Positions 20,473 to 30,490 of a stretch of DNA of 64,000 nucleotides are shown here, piece after piece (the stretch's first letter is position 1; the number at the start of each line of letters is the position of its first letter). The stretch spans positions 3,760 to 67,759 of the forward strand of contig CAYUQY010000004.1 in assembly GCA_964447075.1 (NCBI GenBank), in the 5' to 3' direction. The notes under the pieces are model-generated. The model did not search any database, was not told where the DNA came from, and worked only from the letters and a program-made list of their open reading frames with translations. The translations under genes were made by a program, and so were the position numbers. The stretch comes from an uncultured Pseudomonadales bacterium (GTDB taxonomy: Bacteria > Patescibacteriota > Microgenomatia > UBA1400 > PJMF01).

Positions 20473-20566
20473 GTACCAGTGAACAACTTAAATCACGACA
20501 GCCAAGCAAGAAGTGATGCGTCTTTCACGCAAAACTGAAGTTGGTTGCCAGTAAACTGCAAACCGC

Positions 20567-22312
20567 ATGAAAAAATCAATAATTTTGCTGTCAGTAATTT
20601 TTTTGGTAGGCTTGTTTTTTCGACTCTACAAACTAGATACTCTTCCCAATGAGCTGCACAGAGACGAAGCGGCAATTGGCTACAACGCCCTGTCCATTCT
20701 CAAGACAGGTAAAGATGAACATGGAGCTGGACCCTTTCCAACTGTTTTTTTATCTTTCGGTGACTACAAGTTACCAGGATTAATTTACCTAACAGCCGCA
20801 AGTATTCAGTTACTTGGAGTTTCTATTATTGCCGTGCGCCTACCTGTAGCCCTAGTTGCCTCACTGCTTGTTCCTGCTGTTTTCTTTTTGATCCACGAGC
20901 TCTACGCCAGCAAAAGAACTGCCCTCGTCGCAGCCTTCTTAGCGGCCACTTCTTTTGTCCACATCTTCACTTCTCGTACAGCGTACGAGCCTGCTGTAGC
21001 CCTAACACTCTTCATCACAGCTTTGACCTTTCTTCTTGCAGCTCGCCGCAGAACCGTTTTTTGGATTCCAGCTCTAATCTTTTTTAGCCTTTCCTTTTTT
21101 ACCTACAATGTTCCACTCCTGATAACTCCTGTCTTGCTTGGAGCCACACTCTACTTGTGGAGAGCTGAGTATCTGAAGAACAAAAAAGTCACAGCAGTAG
21201 CCATCGGAATTTTTGGATTAATTTGGTGTGTTTCACTTTTTAGCTTCAAAGACATTATCACCGGCAAGCTAGGAGCAACTATCTTCACCAACCAACCCTT
21301 GCTTCAAGAATCACTGGATAGACGCATTTCCTTGATGCGATCTGGCCTACCCTACAGATTCAGCAACATCGTCATCAACGACTACTTAGAGATGATTCAA
21401 AATATTTCAGAGCGCTATCTCAAAGCCTTTGATACCCAGTTTCTTTTTTTTGAAGGTGGAACCAATCACTGGCACAGTCTAGGAGGGATTAGAGTTGGTA
21501 ACCTCTCAATTTTCCTAGCACCATTTATAGCCTGGGGTTTATTTCTTCTTTTTTCAGATGTTCGCCATCCGTCAAAACTTTCAAAAGCTAGCCTTTTCTT
21601 GCTGATATACTTAGTTTTGTCTATGGTGCCAAATGGCATAACGATAGACTCACCTGTCACTAATAGGCTGATGGATTTTCAGCTCATTCTTTTGCTTTTA
21701 GCTGCCAAAGGAGTAGATACCTTTCTTCAATCAATCGGCGCTAAATTTGTGTTCAAAAAACATAAACTCCAGTATCTGAGTTTAGTTGGTAGCTTGAGTT
21801 TAGTGTACCTCTTCTTTTTCACTCGTTTCTGGCTCTCGTACTCGCAGCTCTTCAATCAAAAACTGGACAGATCGTGGGGAGAAGGTGCTACTCAACTAGC
21901 TCAAGAAGTAGCTCTCATCAGTAGTAAATATGATCAAATCTACATGTCGATGCAGCCAAACTCTGGTTTGCCTGATGTAGAGCTATTTTATGTATATTTG
22001 GCCCTTTTTAACCAAACTGATCCTGCTACCTTTCAAAAAACTGCAGTCTGGAAACATGACTCTAGTTTCCTGAGGCCAGCGTCATTCGACAAGTTTGTCT
22101 TCAAGAAAATAGGCCCTGAGATGAAAGAAGAGCTATCAGCGTTGTCTCAAAAAACTTCCAAGCCACAGACTCTGCTTAACCTAGAGTGGCTAGGCCCCAA
22201 CGAAGAACCAAGAGGAGATGCTGTCATTTTGATTAAGAACAGCTCTGGAGAGCCTTCCTGGCAAGCCACAGAGATAAAACTTGCACCAACTACCCCTACT
22301 GTTCATGAGTAA
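20567..22312 (+). CDS. ArnT/PMT-like membrane glycosyltransferase resembling the GT-C fold, subfamily A
   Basis: 581 aa. The first loop is LHRDEAAIGYNALSILKTGKDEHG. The last 13 codons and the TAA stop lie in copy 1 of the 57-bp tandem repeat. Confidence 0.6.
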   Translation: MKKSIILLSVIFLVGLFFRLYKLDTLPNELHRDEAAIGYNALSILKTGKDEHGAGPFPTVFLSFGDYKLPGLIYLTAASIQLLGVSIIAVRLPVALVASLLVPAVFFLIHELYASKRTALVAAFLAATSFVHIFTSRTAYEPAVALTLFITALTFLLAARRRTVFWIPALIFFSLSFFTYNVPLLITPVLLGATLYLWRAEYLKNKKVTAVAIGIFGLIWCVSLFSFKDIITGKLGATIFTNQPLLQESLDRRISLMRSGLPYRFSNIVINDYLEMIQNISERYLKAFDTQFLFFEGGTNHWHSLGGIRVGNLSIFLAPFIAWGLFLLFSDVRHPSKLSKASLFLLIYLVLSMVPNGITIDSPVTNRLMDFQLILLLLAAKGVDTFLQSIGAKFVFKKHKLQYLSLVGSLSLVYLFFFTRFWLSYSQLFNQKLDRSWGEGATQLAQEVALISSKYDQIYMSMQPNSGLPDVELFYVYLALFNQTDPATFQKTAVWKHDSSFLRPASFDKFVFKKIGPEMKEELSALSQKTSKPQTLLNLEWLGPNEEPRGDAVILIKNSSGEPSWQATEIKLAPTTPTVHE

Positions 22313-22386
22313 CAAAGCTCTCACAGAGAGATAAAACTTGCACCAACTACCCCTACTGTTCATGAGTAACAAAGCTCTCACAGAGA
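22273..22386. repeat. Perfect 57-bp tandem direct duplication (2 copies: 22273-22329 and 22330-22386)
   Basis: Unit gataaaacttgcaccaactacccctactgttcatgagtaacaaagctctcacagaga, read twice back-to-back with no mismatch. It contains the stop of the + gene in copy 1 and the stop of the - gene in copy 2. Confidence 0.9.
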
Positions 22387-24191
22387 ACTTTGGGCGTGAG
22401 TGACTCTAGATTGAAGTTATCCTGTCTAACGTGACTAAATCGATCTAAGTTGTGCTGGGCACAGAGAGTGTCGTTGTAGATCCTAAAGATAGCTCCTGAG
22501 TCAAGTAGTGAGGGTATTGCTCTTGTGACTAGACTCTTCTTGTCGTAATCGAGAGGAGTGCTCTCACACCAGCCTATATTGGCGTCAGCAATAACGGTTG
22601 TCTGACCATCAAACATTTCTGGCTTCAGACAAGCTGTGTCCACTCTGAGATTGTTAAGCAGGTACTTTTCTGATTTAACTGCCTGTTGAATTTGAGACAT
22701 ATTCTCACTGTTAATTGATTGAGAAAAGTAGAGGATTTCCTCAAACACAAATCTGCTTTCATCGGCTAGAACAATTAGTTTTTGTGTTCTTGGAAGGCGC
22801 AGATAGTAGTTGGCTACCACTCTCTCAGCAAAGTAAGTTCCTCTAGTACCAATGATAGGTAGTCGAAAAAAGTACTCAAAGGAAAAACGACTCACGAAAA
22901 TGAAGTAAACGATGATGATTGACGATCTCAACCACCACTTCGAGCTCGACCATACTGTACCCAGCCCAACTCCTGCCAACAAAACATAGGTAGGAATGAG
23001 AAGGCTAGCTCGAAATGCAATCCAAGTATCACGCCTACTCAAGGCCACTGGCAAAGGAGCTGTCAACAACAAGCCTGTAATCAAAATAGCAGCCAGACGA
23101 TACTCCTTCTTTTTCCACAACACTCCAAAACCTATCACTATAAAAACTAAATCTACTGTGTGAAAAAATCCCAATGACCAGACTGAAAATGGATTGCGCA
23201 CTGGCTCGCCAGACACAAAAAAGAGCCTTAGGTCAAAGCTTTCTACATACTTAGCTATAAACTCTTTAGTAAGATAGGTGTACTTATTGGAAACGGTACT
23301 TAACCAAGGAACGTCAAGAGTTAGCTGGCGATCTTCATTGACTAAGGCTTGGACTCGACTCATGTCAGAAAATATAAAGTCTCCTAGACGACTGCTAGCT
23401 TTCTGATTTTTTAAGTTTAGTAAGAAAAAAGCTACCATCACGAAGCCGCTGCAGAAGAACACTACCCAAGTAAAGACACTGTGCCAAGATATTTTCTTTG
23501 AGAGCTGTCTAGACTCAAGATAATCGTAAGTAATGAGCAAGATAATTATCGGCAAGAAAACTACTTTGTGTCCTTGATACTGATAGAAACCCAAACTAAG
23601 CGGCAAGAGTGTCAAAAGCTTCCACCAACCCTTTGTTCTCAAGAATATCCAGATGCCTGAGAAGTAACACAACAAGCTTAAAAGAGGATCAAAACCACTT
23701 CTAGAAAACTGGAACAGCCAGGGATTAAAAGTAGCTGCTAGAGCTACACTGATAGCAATGACCCGATTGGAAAACAGCTTTAAAGCCACTGCCGACAAAA
23801 CCACTATCATCAATACCCCTGCCATGATGGACACAAGCTTGGCAGATAGCGGCCAGACCGCTGTCACTAAAAAACCCAGAGACATTAAAACGCCTGGTAG
23901 TTCAGCAAAAAGAGGATGGGCAACTGTCAAGCTCCAGGGTCTCCACTCACCTGATTGATCGGAGCCTGTCAAACTCACACTGCGAGCTTGATTGAGGTAA
24001 AAAACCTCGTCATGGCTAACCACGGGTGGAAGGCTTTCAATTTTGTAGACACGCCCCAAAATAGCGAACAGTACTAGAAGGCACCAAAAAAGTGTCCATC
24101 TGTTTTTTAAAGAGAGTAGTTTTTTAACAAGCATTTTTTTGTTTAACATAGGCTGTGGCATCGTAAAAATAAACGTAACGTAGTGAACCAT
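22353..24191 (-). CDS. ArnT/PMT-like membrane glycosyltransferase resembling the GT-C fold, subfamily A
   Basis: 612 aa. The first loop is VSHDEVFYLNQARSVSLTGSDQSGEW. The C-terminal ...LCESFVTHEQ* is encoded on the reverse strand of repeat copy 2. The start is uncertain: ATG at 24191, or internal ATGs at 24149 or 24134. The last would give the 11-bp ATGCTTGTTAA start/stop overlap with the upstream gene. Confidence 0.6.
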   Translation of the reverse strand: MVHYVTFIFTMPQPMLNKKMLVKKLLSLKNRWTLFWCLLVLFAILGRVYKIESLPPVVSHDEVFYLNQARSVSLTGSDQSGEWRPWSLTVAHPLFAELPGVLMSLGFLVTAVWPLSAKLVSIMAGVLMIVVLSAVALKLFSNRVIAISVALAATFNPWLFQFSRSGFDPLLSLLCYFSGIWIFLRTKGWWKLLTLLPLSLGFYQYQGHKVVFLPIIILLITYDYLESRQLSKKISWHSVFTWVVFFCSGFVMVAFFLLNLKNQKASSRLGDFIFSDMSRVQALVNEDRQLTLDVPWLSTVSNKYTYLTKEFIAKYVESFDLRLFFVSGEPVRNPFSVWSLGFFHTVDLVFIVIGFGVLWKKKEYRLAAILITGLLLTAPLPVALSRRDTWIAFRASLLIPTYVLLAGVGLGTVWSSSKWWLRSSIIIVYFIFVSRFSFEYFFRLPIIGTRGTYFAERVVANYYLRLPRTQKLIVLADESRFVFEEILYFSQSINSENMSQIQQAVKSEKYLLNNLRVDTACLKPEMFDGQTTVIADANIGWCESTPLDYDKKSLVTRAIPSLLDSGAIFRIYNDTLCAQHNLDRFSHVRQDNFNLESLTPKVLCESFVTHEQ

Positions 24192-25863
24192 TGGCTGAGC
24201 GAATTACCTTGAGTGGCTCAACAAAATCAAGTTCTTCGTTGGTCATGAAGACAGCTCTTTGACCCAGTTTTTCAGCCTCACAACCTACAGAATCAAGTGA
24301 AACATCTTTGACAAAAATATTATTATAGTTGACCGTGTGCTGAAAGCCTGAAGCTTCTTTTTCTCCAAGGACCGCCGATGATTGATACTTCTGGGGATCA
24401 AGGTGGTTGTAAAAAGCATAAAACATAATTGGATCTGAGAAAAATGGCCTAATGACGACTCTCGTCTCAGGGCTAAAAGTACTCAGATACTCATACGACT
24501 CAGGTAAGTAAGATTGATACAGAGCATCATTTTTGAGGCTATGGATAAAAATAAAGTCAGAAACAAACCGTAAACCTGAAAAACTATAAATGACTCCCCA
24601 GGCTAACCAAAAGCAACTTAAGGCAAGGCGGCCATGTTTATGGCGAGAGTTAAGGATCATAGATGTCAAGCTAAGAGCGCCAGCAACTATCAAAATTAAA
24701 ATAAAAGGAAAAAGCGCAGACATTCGCACTTTTTGGGCTTCGCCAGCGAGTATGGTAGGAATAGGCGTAACGATCAAACCAAGCAGCACCAGCCATTTTG
24801 CTAAAGGATCTAGTCCTAGAGTTTTGGGAAAACAAATAAAAGCTACCAAGCCAATAATCAGCAGTGGATAAACAAGCGGGAAAAACTGGCCAGTTTGATC
24901 AACAGTCAAAAAAGGTGTGTCTTTTTCCCCTTGGGTGACAAGATATTGAGGTGAAAAAACATGAAGATAGCGCGATGCAAGAGTGCTGATAACTTCGAGT
25001 GGCTTGTTCCAGAGCAAGCTACAGACTGATAGTGGTAACTGCATGTTACAGAAAGTGCGCTGCTCATTGATTTTTTGGGCTAGGCCAGTATCTGAGGTAA
25101 TACCCACTTGTTTGTAGCGGCTGGTAAAAGAGCTAATAGCTGCCGGTTGAAAGAGAGGCAGAACGGTCAGAACAAAAGCCAGAATCCAGATAAAAATAGA
25201 TTTTCGCGGAAGGTTAGTTTTTTTATCTGAGTAAAACAGCCAAGTTGAGCAGAAAATTAAAATCAGAGCGGTGATAGGTCGATATGAGATGTAAGCATAC
25301 CAAGTCAGAGCCAGTGAGATACCAGAGCTTACTAAGAAGATCTTGTGGTACTTCGGAGACTGTAGGGCTGCTCCCAAAAGTGACAAGCCCAGGGTAAAGA
25401 GGAACAGAGCCAAGTTAGACTCCAATCCAAAGCGACTCAAGAAAATACTCCAAGGACTGAAAGCGGTCACAACTGCTGCCAGAGAGAAAGCCCACCATCT
25501 CTTGTCATTTTTCCAAAAGATTGCCAACATCAAAAAACCAGAAACAAGTGGCAGGACACTCCCTGCCAAAGCAGAGGGAACTCTGATGCTCAGGGTACTA
25601 AGACCCATGCTAGCCACAACTGGCATCAGACTGTAAGCATAGGCAGGCAGTTTATCGTCACCAAACCCTTTAAATATAACCGGCCACGAGCTGGAGTGTT
25701 CATCTCTGCCAGTAGCAAGAAGAGAGTAGGCGATGTATCCAAAGTGAGCCTCATCTACTAAGGCACCTTTGGGTGCAGAACCTAGCTGCCAAAAACGCAT
25801 GAGAGCACCTGAAATCAGAGCCAAAACAAGCAAAATAACTGGGAGTAGATAAGACTTTTTCAT
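24124..25863 (-). CDS. ArnT/PMT-like membrane glycosyltransferase resembling the GT-C fold, subfamily A
   Basis: 579 aa. The first loop is GALVDEAHFGYIAYSLLATGRDEHSSSWPV. It has a multi-TM core and a C-terminal soluble domain. Confidence 0.6.
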   Translation of the reverse strand: MKKSYLLPVILLVLALISGALMRFWQLGSAPKGALVDEAHFGYIAYSLLATGRDEHSSSWPVIFKGFGDDKLPAYAYSLMPVVASMGLSTLSIRVPSALAGSVLPLVSGFLMLAIFWKNDKRWWAFSLAAVVTAFSPWSIFLSRFGLESNLALFLFTLGLSLLGAALQSPKYHKIFLVSSGISLALTWYAYISYRPITALILIFCSTWLFYSDKKTNLPRKSIFIWILAFVLTVLPLFQPAAISSFTSRYKQVGITSDTGLAQKINEQRTFCNMQLPLSVCSLLWNKPLEVISTLASRYLHVFSPQYLVTQGEKDTPFLTVDQTGQFFPLVYPLLIIGLVAFICFPKTLGLDPLAKWLVLLGLIVTPIPTILAGEAQKVRMSALFPFILILIVAGALSLTSMILNSRHKHGRLALSCFWLAWGVIYSFSGLRFVSDFIFIHSLKNDALYQSYLPESYEYLSTFSPETRVVIRPFFSDPIMFYAFYNHLDPQKYQSSAVLGEKEASGFQHTVNYNNIFVKDVSLDSVGCEAEKLGQRAVFMTNEELDFVEPLKVIRSANGSLRYVYFYDATAYVKQKNAC

Positions 25864-25942
25864 GTGCTAATTTGCTATATCCAGAGTATACTCCTATAGG
25901 TCTGACACTTCACTAAGCTTTTTAGTTGCCGGACTCAACTTC

Positions 25943-27052
25943 ATGTCAGATATCTCTCTCTCCTCCAAAAACTACAACTTTGCCTTCGATGTAGTTCGTT
26001 GTCTAGCTATCATAGGCATCATTGCCATTCATGTCCTCTATCCCATTTATGCTCGCACGGACTTCATGGGCGGAATCTCCTGGTGGATAGCTACTGTTAT
26101 CAACACCTTTTCTCGTCCAAGTGTGCCACTGTTTGTGATTCTAAGTGGAGCACTGCTGATGTCAAGTCCTCAAGTTTCAAGCTGGAGGTTCATTGTCTCC
26201 AAAACATTTTTTCGGGTTGTGGTTCCGCTCGTGGTCTGGAGTAGTATTTACCTCTGGTGGGAAACAAGTAAGGGAAGCAAAATGGACTGGGGTATTTTTC
26301 TAGACATGCTTGCTTCTGGTAACCTCTATCACCTCTATTTTTTGGTTATTCTTGTGCCACTCTATCTACATGCACCAGGTCTTGCTCTTGTGTTCCAGCA
26401 AAAGTCTAAGACTCTGCCTCTCTATTTTATGTCACTTGGAGTCGTTCTTGGCTTATGTCTTGGTTTTGTAGCCTACTTCATCTACAAGAATAGCAATGTT
26501 CTCAACGCCTTCACACTCTGGCTACCTTACGCAGGGTACTTCTTTTTTGGTAAGTGGGCTGTTGATCAGAACTTTACAAAACGTCAGCTACAGCTCTGGT
26601 TGCTAACTTACGTAGTAAGCACTCTCGCTACTTTATTTCTTGGCATCAACAGTCTCAGGCAGCTATCTGAGGGTAACCTACTTTTTTGGAAAGTGGGAGG
26701 TCTAGAGTACTTCACTGATTACCACTCCCCCACTGTCACTGCCAATGCCTTAAGTCTCTTCGTTTTACTGATCTCATATCTGAAGCTGCAGAAAAAGACT
26801 TCTCAGTTAGTGATGGCCATCAAGCTGTCTGCTTTTCACTTGGCACGTGCTAGCTTTGGCATGTACTTGATTCACTCTATCGTCATTAATGTTTATGATC
26901 AATTAGGATACTTTACCTATCTGCCGCAGTACGGTCCGATCTGGGTCTCAGGACTTTCTAAGCTCATGACTGTAGTTGTCACTAGCTTTGTAGTCGTGAG
27001 TATTATTAAACGGGTACCTTTTCTAAAAGTAGTGATTGGGGAAAAAACTTAA
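25943..27052 (+). CDS. Acyltransferase family 3-like integral membrane protein (putative glycan O-acyltransferase)
   Basis: 369 aa with about 10 TM helices. The N-terminus FAFDVVRCLAIIGIIAIHV resembles the Acyl_transf_3 start (R..a...V...H). Confidence 0.45.
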   Translation: MSDISLSSKNYNFAFDVVRCLAIIGIIAIHVLYPIYARTDFMGGISWWIATVINTFSRPSVPLFVILSGALLMSSPQVSSWRFIVSKTFFRVVVPLVVWSSIYLWWETSKGSKMDWGIFLDMLASGNLYHLYFLVILVPLYLHAPGLALVFQQKSKTLPLYFMSLGVVLGLCLGFVAYFIYKNSNVLNAFTLWLPYAGYFFFGKWAVDQNFTKRQLQLWLLTYVVSTLATLFLGINSLRQLSEGNLLFWKVGGLEYFTDYHSPTVTANALSLFVLLISYLKLQKKTSQLVMAIKLSAFHLARASFGMYLIHSIVINVYDQLGYFTYLPQYGPIWVSGLSKLMTVVVTSFVVVSIIKRVPFLKVVIGEKT

Positions 27053-27053
27053 C

Positions 27054-28571
27054 TCAAGGTTTTTTGAGAGTATAAACTTCAAAACTTCGACCTTCTTGTG
27101 AGAACTCAAGCTTGGACATCTGTCTGAACCCTAGCTTCTCTTCTAGGTCGATAATCTTATGATCTTCTAGACAGTTGTCACCTTGTTTGCAGATGTAGAT
27201 GCGCCTGACAGGAGCTATGGAGCTCGAAGAGATGTCTAGGTTGGGATCTTGTGAAGTGGAAAACTGATCGAAGGGATTTTTGTTCACTTCTCTAGGCCAG
27301 ATATACTTGAGGCTATCTCTATAGAATTTGTAAGGCACGTCAACTACTGTGTAACTCTCGCCTCCAGCCTCAGACTCAATTTTATGGATTAAAGTTGAAA
27401 GAATTTGGTAGTCATGCTGGGGAGATGCAGTAAAAAGAGGCTGATGCGAAGTAGCAAGAACAGAGACTAGAGTAATCGTGACAACCTGAGCTACTGTCGC
27501 TTTCCAGTTGGTCCCAAGTCGATTCAGTAGAGATGAAAGCAAACAAACTGGTAAGTAAACACAAAATAATAAATAGAACTCATGCTTATCCCCTCTGTAG
27601 ATTCTCATACCAACCAAACTGCTTAAGAAAAAACCTAGAAGAATTAAATCGCTTGTATATCTAGTAAATCCAGACTTAGCAGCTTCCAAAACCCTCAGAG
27701 TCAAATGTAGTAAGCTAAAGCCTAAGAGTAACCTGCCAAGTGCGATGGATGGAGAGCTGACACCTATAAAAGTTTCGAAGAGGGAAGGTAGAGAGGTAGT
27801 AAAAAACGGCAACAACCTAGTCCTTTGATAAAATTGAGAGTGATCTTCTCTAAAAAAGTGCCAGATGTTTGTAAAATTATTTAGGGTTACGGTAAGGTCG
27901 AAGAGAAGTGGCAACAAGGTGCTTGCGCCAGCAAGAATAGCTACCAACCACCACTTTCTTGAAGTTGGCTGTCGTACAAAGCTCCAGATAACCACTGGGC
28001 CCAAGAAAAAAAACAGAATAAATGCTTGATAATGGAGCTGAAATGCCAGCATAGCGGCAACTATAGCTACCGTTGGCCAAACTTTACTTTTTGTCTTGAT
28101 AAGCTCACAAACAGCCAAAAACATTAAACTCGAAAAGAAAGGAATCATGTTGGGATTCCAGGCAAAAACACTAAAAGTGATCGCAAATGGTGAGACTGCA
28201 TAGAGAATACCCATCGCTATCCCAGAGCGGATTGACCAGTGACGAAACCCAATTAAAAAAAGAATTACTGGTGTAAAAGACTCAACTAAAACGATCATAA
28301 GTGAGGCGGAAGTAGGCCAGCCATTACTCAACCAAAATGGAATAGCCATCAGATAGTAGTAAAACGGCATGACATAAAAGTCGCCTACGCTAGCTTTAGG
28401 ACCTAAGACAAAAGGCGTTCCTGTCTGGATATGGTCCCAAACATAGAGAGCATCACGACCGTGATCGTCCCCGAACTGGTTGATGTGGTTCAACTGAAGT
28501 AACCGCAGACCCAGACTAAGAAGAAAAAGCAGTGTAATTAAAACTGGAACTTTATATTTGCGAAAAAACAT
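27054..28571 (-). CDS. Uncharacterised polytopic membrane protein, subfamily C (D-x-G-R-D-A / YYYLMA-PF motifs); putative GT-C-like
   Basis: 505 aa. QFGDDHGRDALYVWDHIQTGTPFVLGPKASVGDFYVMPFYYYLMAIPF closely parallels ORF 58659. Confidence 0.45.
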   Translation of the reverse strand: MFFRKYKVPVLITLLFLLSLGLRLLQLNHINQFGDDHGRDALYVWDHIQTGTPFVLGPKASVGDFYVMPFYYYLMAIPFWLSNGWPTSASLMIVLVESFTPVILFLIGFRHWSIRSGIAMGILYAVSPFAITFSVFAWNPNMIPFFSSLMFLAVCELIKTKSKVWPTVAIVAAMLAFQLHYQAFILFFFLGPVVIWSFVRQPTSRKWWLVAILAGASTLLPLLFDLTVTLNNFTNIWHFFREDHSQFYQRTRLLPFFTTSLPSLFETFIGVSSPSIALGRLLLGFSLLHLTLRVLEAAKSGFTRYTSDLILLGFFLSSLVGMRIYRGDKHEFYLLFCVYLPVCLLSSLLNRLGTNWKATVAQVVTITLVSVLATSHQPLFTASPQHDYQILSTLIHKIESEAGGESYTVVDVPYKFYRDSLKYIWPREVNKNPFDQFSTSQDPNLDISSSSIAPVRRIYICKQGDNCLEDHKIIDLEEKLGFRQMSKLEFSQEGRSFEVYTLKKP

Positions 28572-28579
28572 AACTAGAT

Positions 28580-30490
28580 TTACTTAACAAGAAGTATTTT
28601 CCAAATTTCTTCATTTTGTGGACCTTTCACACTCTCCAAAACTCTAACAGATTCAAACTTATTACTTACTTTTTCAAACATGGCTGGTGAAACAGCTACT
28701 ACACCTTTGGTAATCTCATCAATTGAGTTAAAAAAGACCATCCGTTTTGGAAAAGTCATACTTAGAAGCTCACCCTGATCATGATAATTTATTTTGTCAT
28801 TTTTCTGCACGACTATGGGATCAATTTTACTATAAAACCAGTAGTACATAGCCGGCCTTCCCTGTGATCTAGCCACGAACTGTGTTTCGCTGGAGTAGTC
28901 TTGATCAATAGCTTCAAGTTTGGAGAAGAGCTCTTGATAACCATACTGCCACCAGGCTACTGCCGCTTGTTTGGTATAGATAGTTGTGTAGTAACTCCAG
29001 AAGAGTCCGAACTGGGTTAAAACTGAAAGTACCAGGAGGCCAATCGTCACAATCTTCATCCCGAAACTTGGCATGAGTAGTTTTTTTAAGTTAAACGTAG
29101 TAAATAAAACATTTCTTGAGACTGAAGCCTGCAGTTGCGATGCGCTTTTGAGTACTACATTAACTAGACTACTTGCCCCTACTGTCGACACCACCAACCA
29201 GACTGGTAAAGTAATCAGAATTCTCAAAGCATGGGGGGAGCCAAAAGAGATAGCAGAAGGCAAGATGCCTATAAATAGCCAGAAGGACAGTAGTAAGTAC
29301 TTCCTAGAAAAGTTTTTGATCACTACTACCAAGCCAAAAAAAAGAAAAACTAAGTCTAGAGGATAGAACAAGCCGAAGTAGCCAGTAGAGTGTCGCAAGT
29401 TACTATCTCCACTCAAAAACAAAAAATCCAGTCTAAAGTGGGAGAAAAAATTGGCAGTAATCTCTTTAGCAAACAAGACGTAGCGATGAAAGATAAGTCT
29501 TGAAACTAAAGTATGACCACTCTGCTCAATAAGTCGATTGCTTTTTTCAATGATGGAAATGTCAGTAAAGATACTCGTTTGGGCAAACCGCTGTTGCAGG
29601 ACAGGACTTCTTGAGGCCAACAAGATTGGCGTCACAAGAGATAAAAAGAGAGCAGTTAGTCCTACAAATAAGTAGCGTTTTTGCTGAAGATTCTGTATCA
29701 AGCTTTTTTTTAAGCTAAAGCTAGGAGAAAGTTTAAGAGAAAAAAGGTACTCAAGCATGAGATAAACCCAAAGTATTGGCGCCACAACTCTGGCTGCGTG
29801 ATAGGCATACATGGACAGTCCAAATAAAACTGTACCTGCCGCCAACTGAACATAAGAGGAAAAAGCAAAACTTTCATTCTTGCTAAGAGCAAGAGTTTTT
29901 TTGCTAGACTTAATCTCAGTTGCTGATGATCTATTTGAGTTAACAACCACAACTGTTTCTTGGCCAAACTCAACTGCAGCTCTCATCAAAATTACGGCCC
30001 AAAGAATGAGACAACTACTCAAGTTTACCTCCCATCCACCTCGAGAAAACATCACTGCCCAAGGATTGAGTGATGCAAGGAACATACCTAGCAACTGAAG
30101 CCTGTTACTCTTGGTGAGCTGTTTGATCAAAACGCCTACTCCAATCACTATCATTACCCCAGCAACTACGCTCGGGAGTCTGACTGCTTCCACAGTTAAG
30201 CCAAAGAGAGCTATAAAAGGAACTACAGCATAAAAATAAAGGCTAGGTTTCCAGTCACCAAAAGACTCAAAAGCAACTACTGGAAAAAAATTACCATGAT
30301 GATCTTTGCCAGTTTTTAAAATGGAGTAGGCATCATAACCCAGTGCTACTTCTTCCCAATATGGGGAAGGAGGCGTGCTTGTAAGGAGTGTTAGCCGTAC
30401 TCCTAAAGCAAGAAAAACTAGCAAGCTAAACAAAAGTCCGAACCAATGTGCTGAGAGAAATCGTCTAGTGTTTTCAATCATATTTTTCAT
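28580..30490 (-). CDS. ArnT/PMT-like membrane glycosyltransferase resembling the GT-C fold, subfamily A
   Basis: 636 aa. The first loop is SPYWEEVALGYDAYSILKTGKDHHGNFFPV. Confidence 0.6.
   Translation of the reverse strand: MKNMIENTRRFLSAHWFGLLFSLLVFLALGVRLTLLTSTPPSPYWEEVALGYDAYSILKTGKDHHGNFFPVVAFESFGDWKPSLYFYAVVPFIALFGLTVEAVRLPSVVAGVMIVIGVGVLIKQLTKSNRLQLLGMFLASLNPWAVMFSRGGWEVNLSSCLILWAVILMRAAVEFGQETVVVVNSNRSSATEIKSSKKTLALSKNESFAFSSYVQLAAGTVLFGLSMYAYHAARVVAPILWVYLMLEYLFSLKLSPSFSLKKSLIQNLQQKRYLFVGLTALFLSLVTPILLASRSPVLQQRFAQTSIFTDISIIEKSNRLIEQSGHTLVSRLIFHRYVLFAKEITANFFSHFRLDFLFLSGDSNLRHSTGYFGLFYPLDLVFLFFGLVVVIKNFSRKYLLLSFWLFIGILPSAISFGSPHALRILITLPVWLVVSTVGASSLVNVVLKSASQLQASVSRNVLFTTFNLKKLLMPSFGMKIVTIGLLVLSVLTQFGLFWSYYTTIYTKQAAVAWWQYGYQELFSKLEAIDQDYSSETQFVARSQGRPAMYYWFYSKIDPIVVQKNDKINYHDQGELLSMTFPKRMVFFNSIDEITKGVVAVSPAMFEKVSNKFESVRVLESVKGPQNEEIWKILLVK

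Noticed and set aside
20473-20566. Short palindromes in the GT2/GT-C intergenic gap (gcgtctttcacgc)
   Set aside because: A 4-bp stem only and no U-tract. It is indistinguishable from chance.
22190-22381. 63-aa ORF with an internal peptide repeat (MRALLLMNSRGSWCKFYL x2)
   Set aside because: This is the antisense reading of the 57-bp tandem duplication. The repeated peptide comes from the DNA repeat and is not a real gene.
22273-22386. Possible CRISPR-like repeat
   Set aside because: There are only two directly abutting copies with no spacers, and no cas genes. It is a simple tandem duplication.
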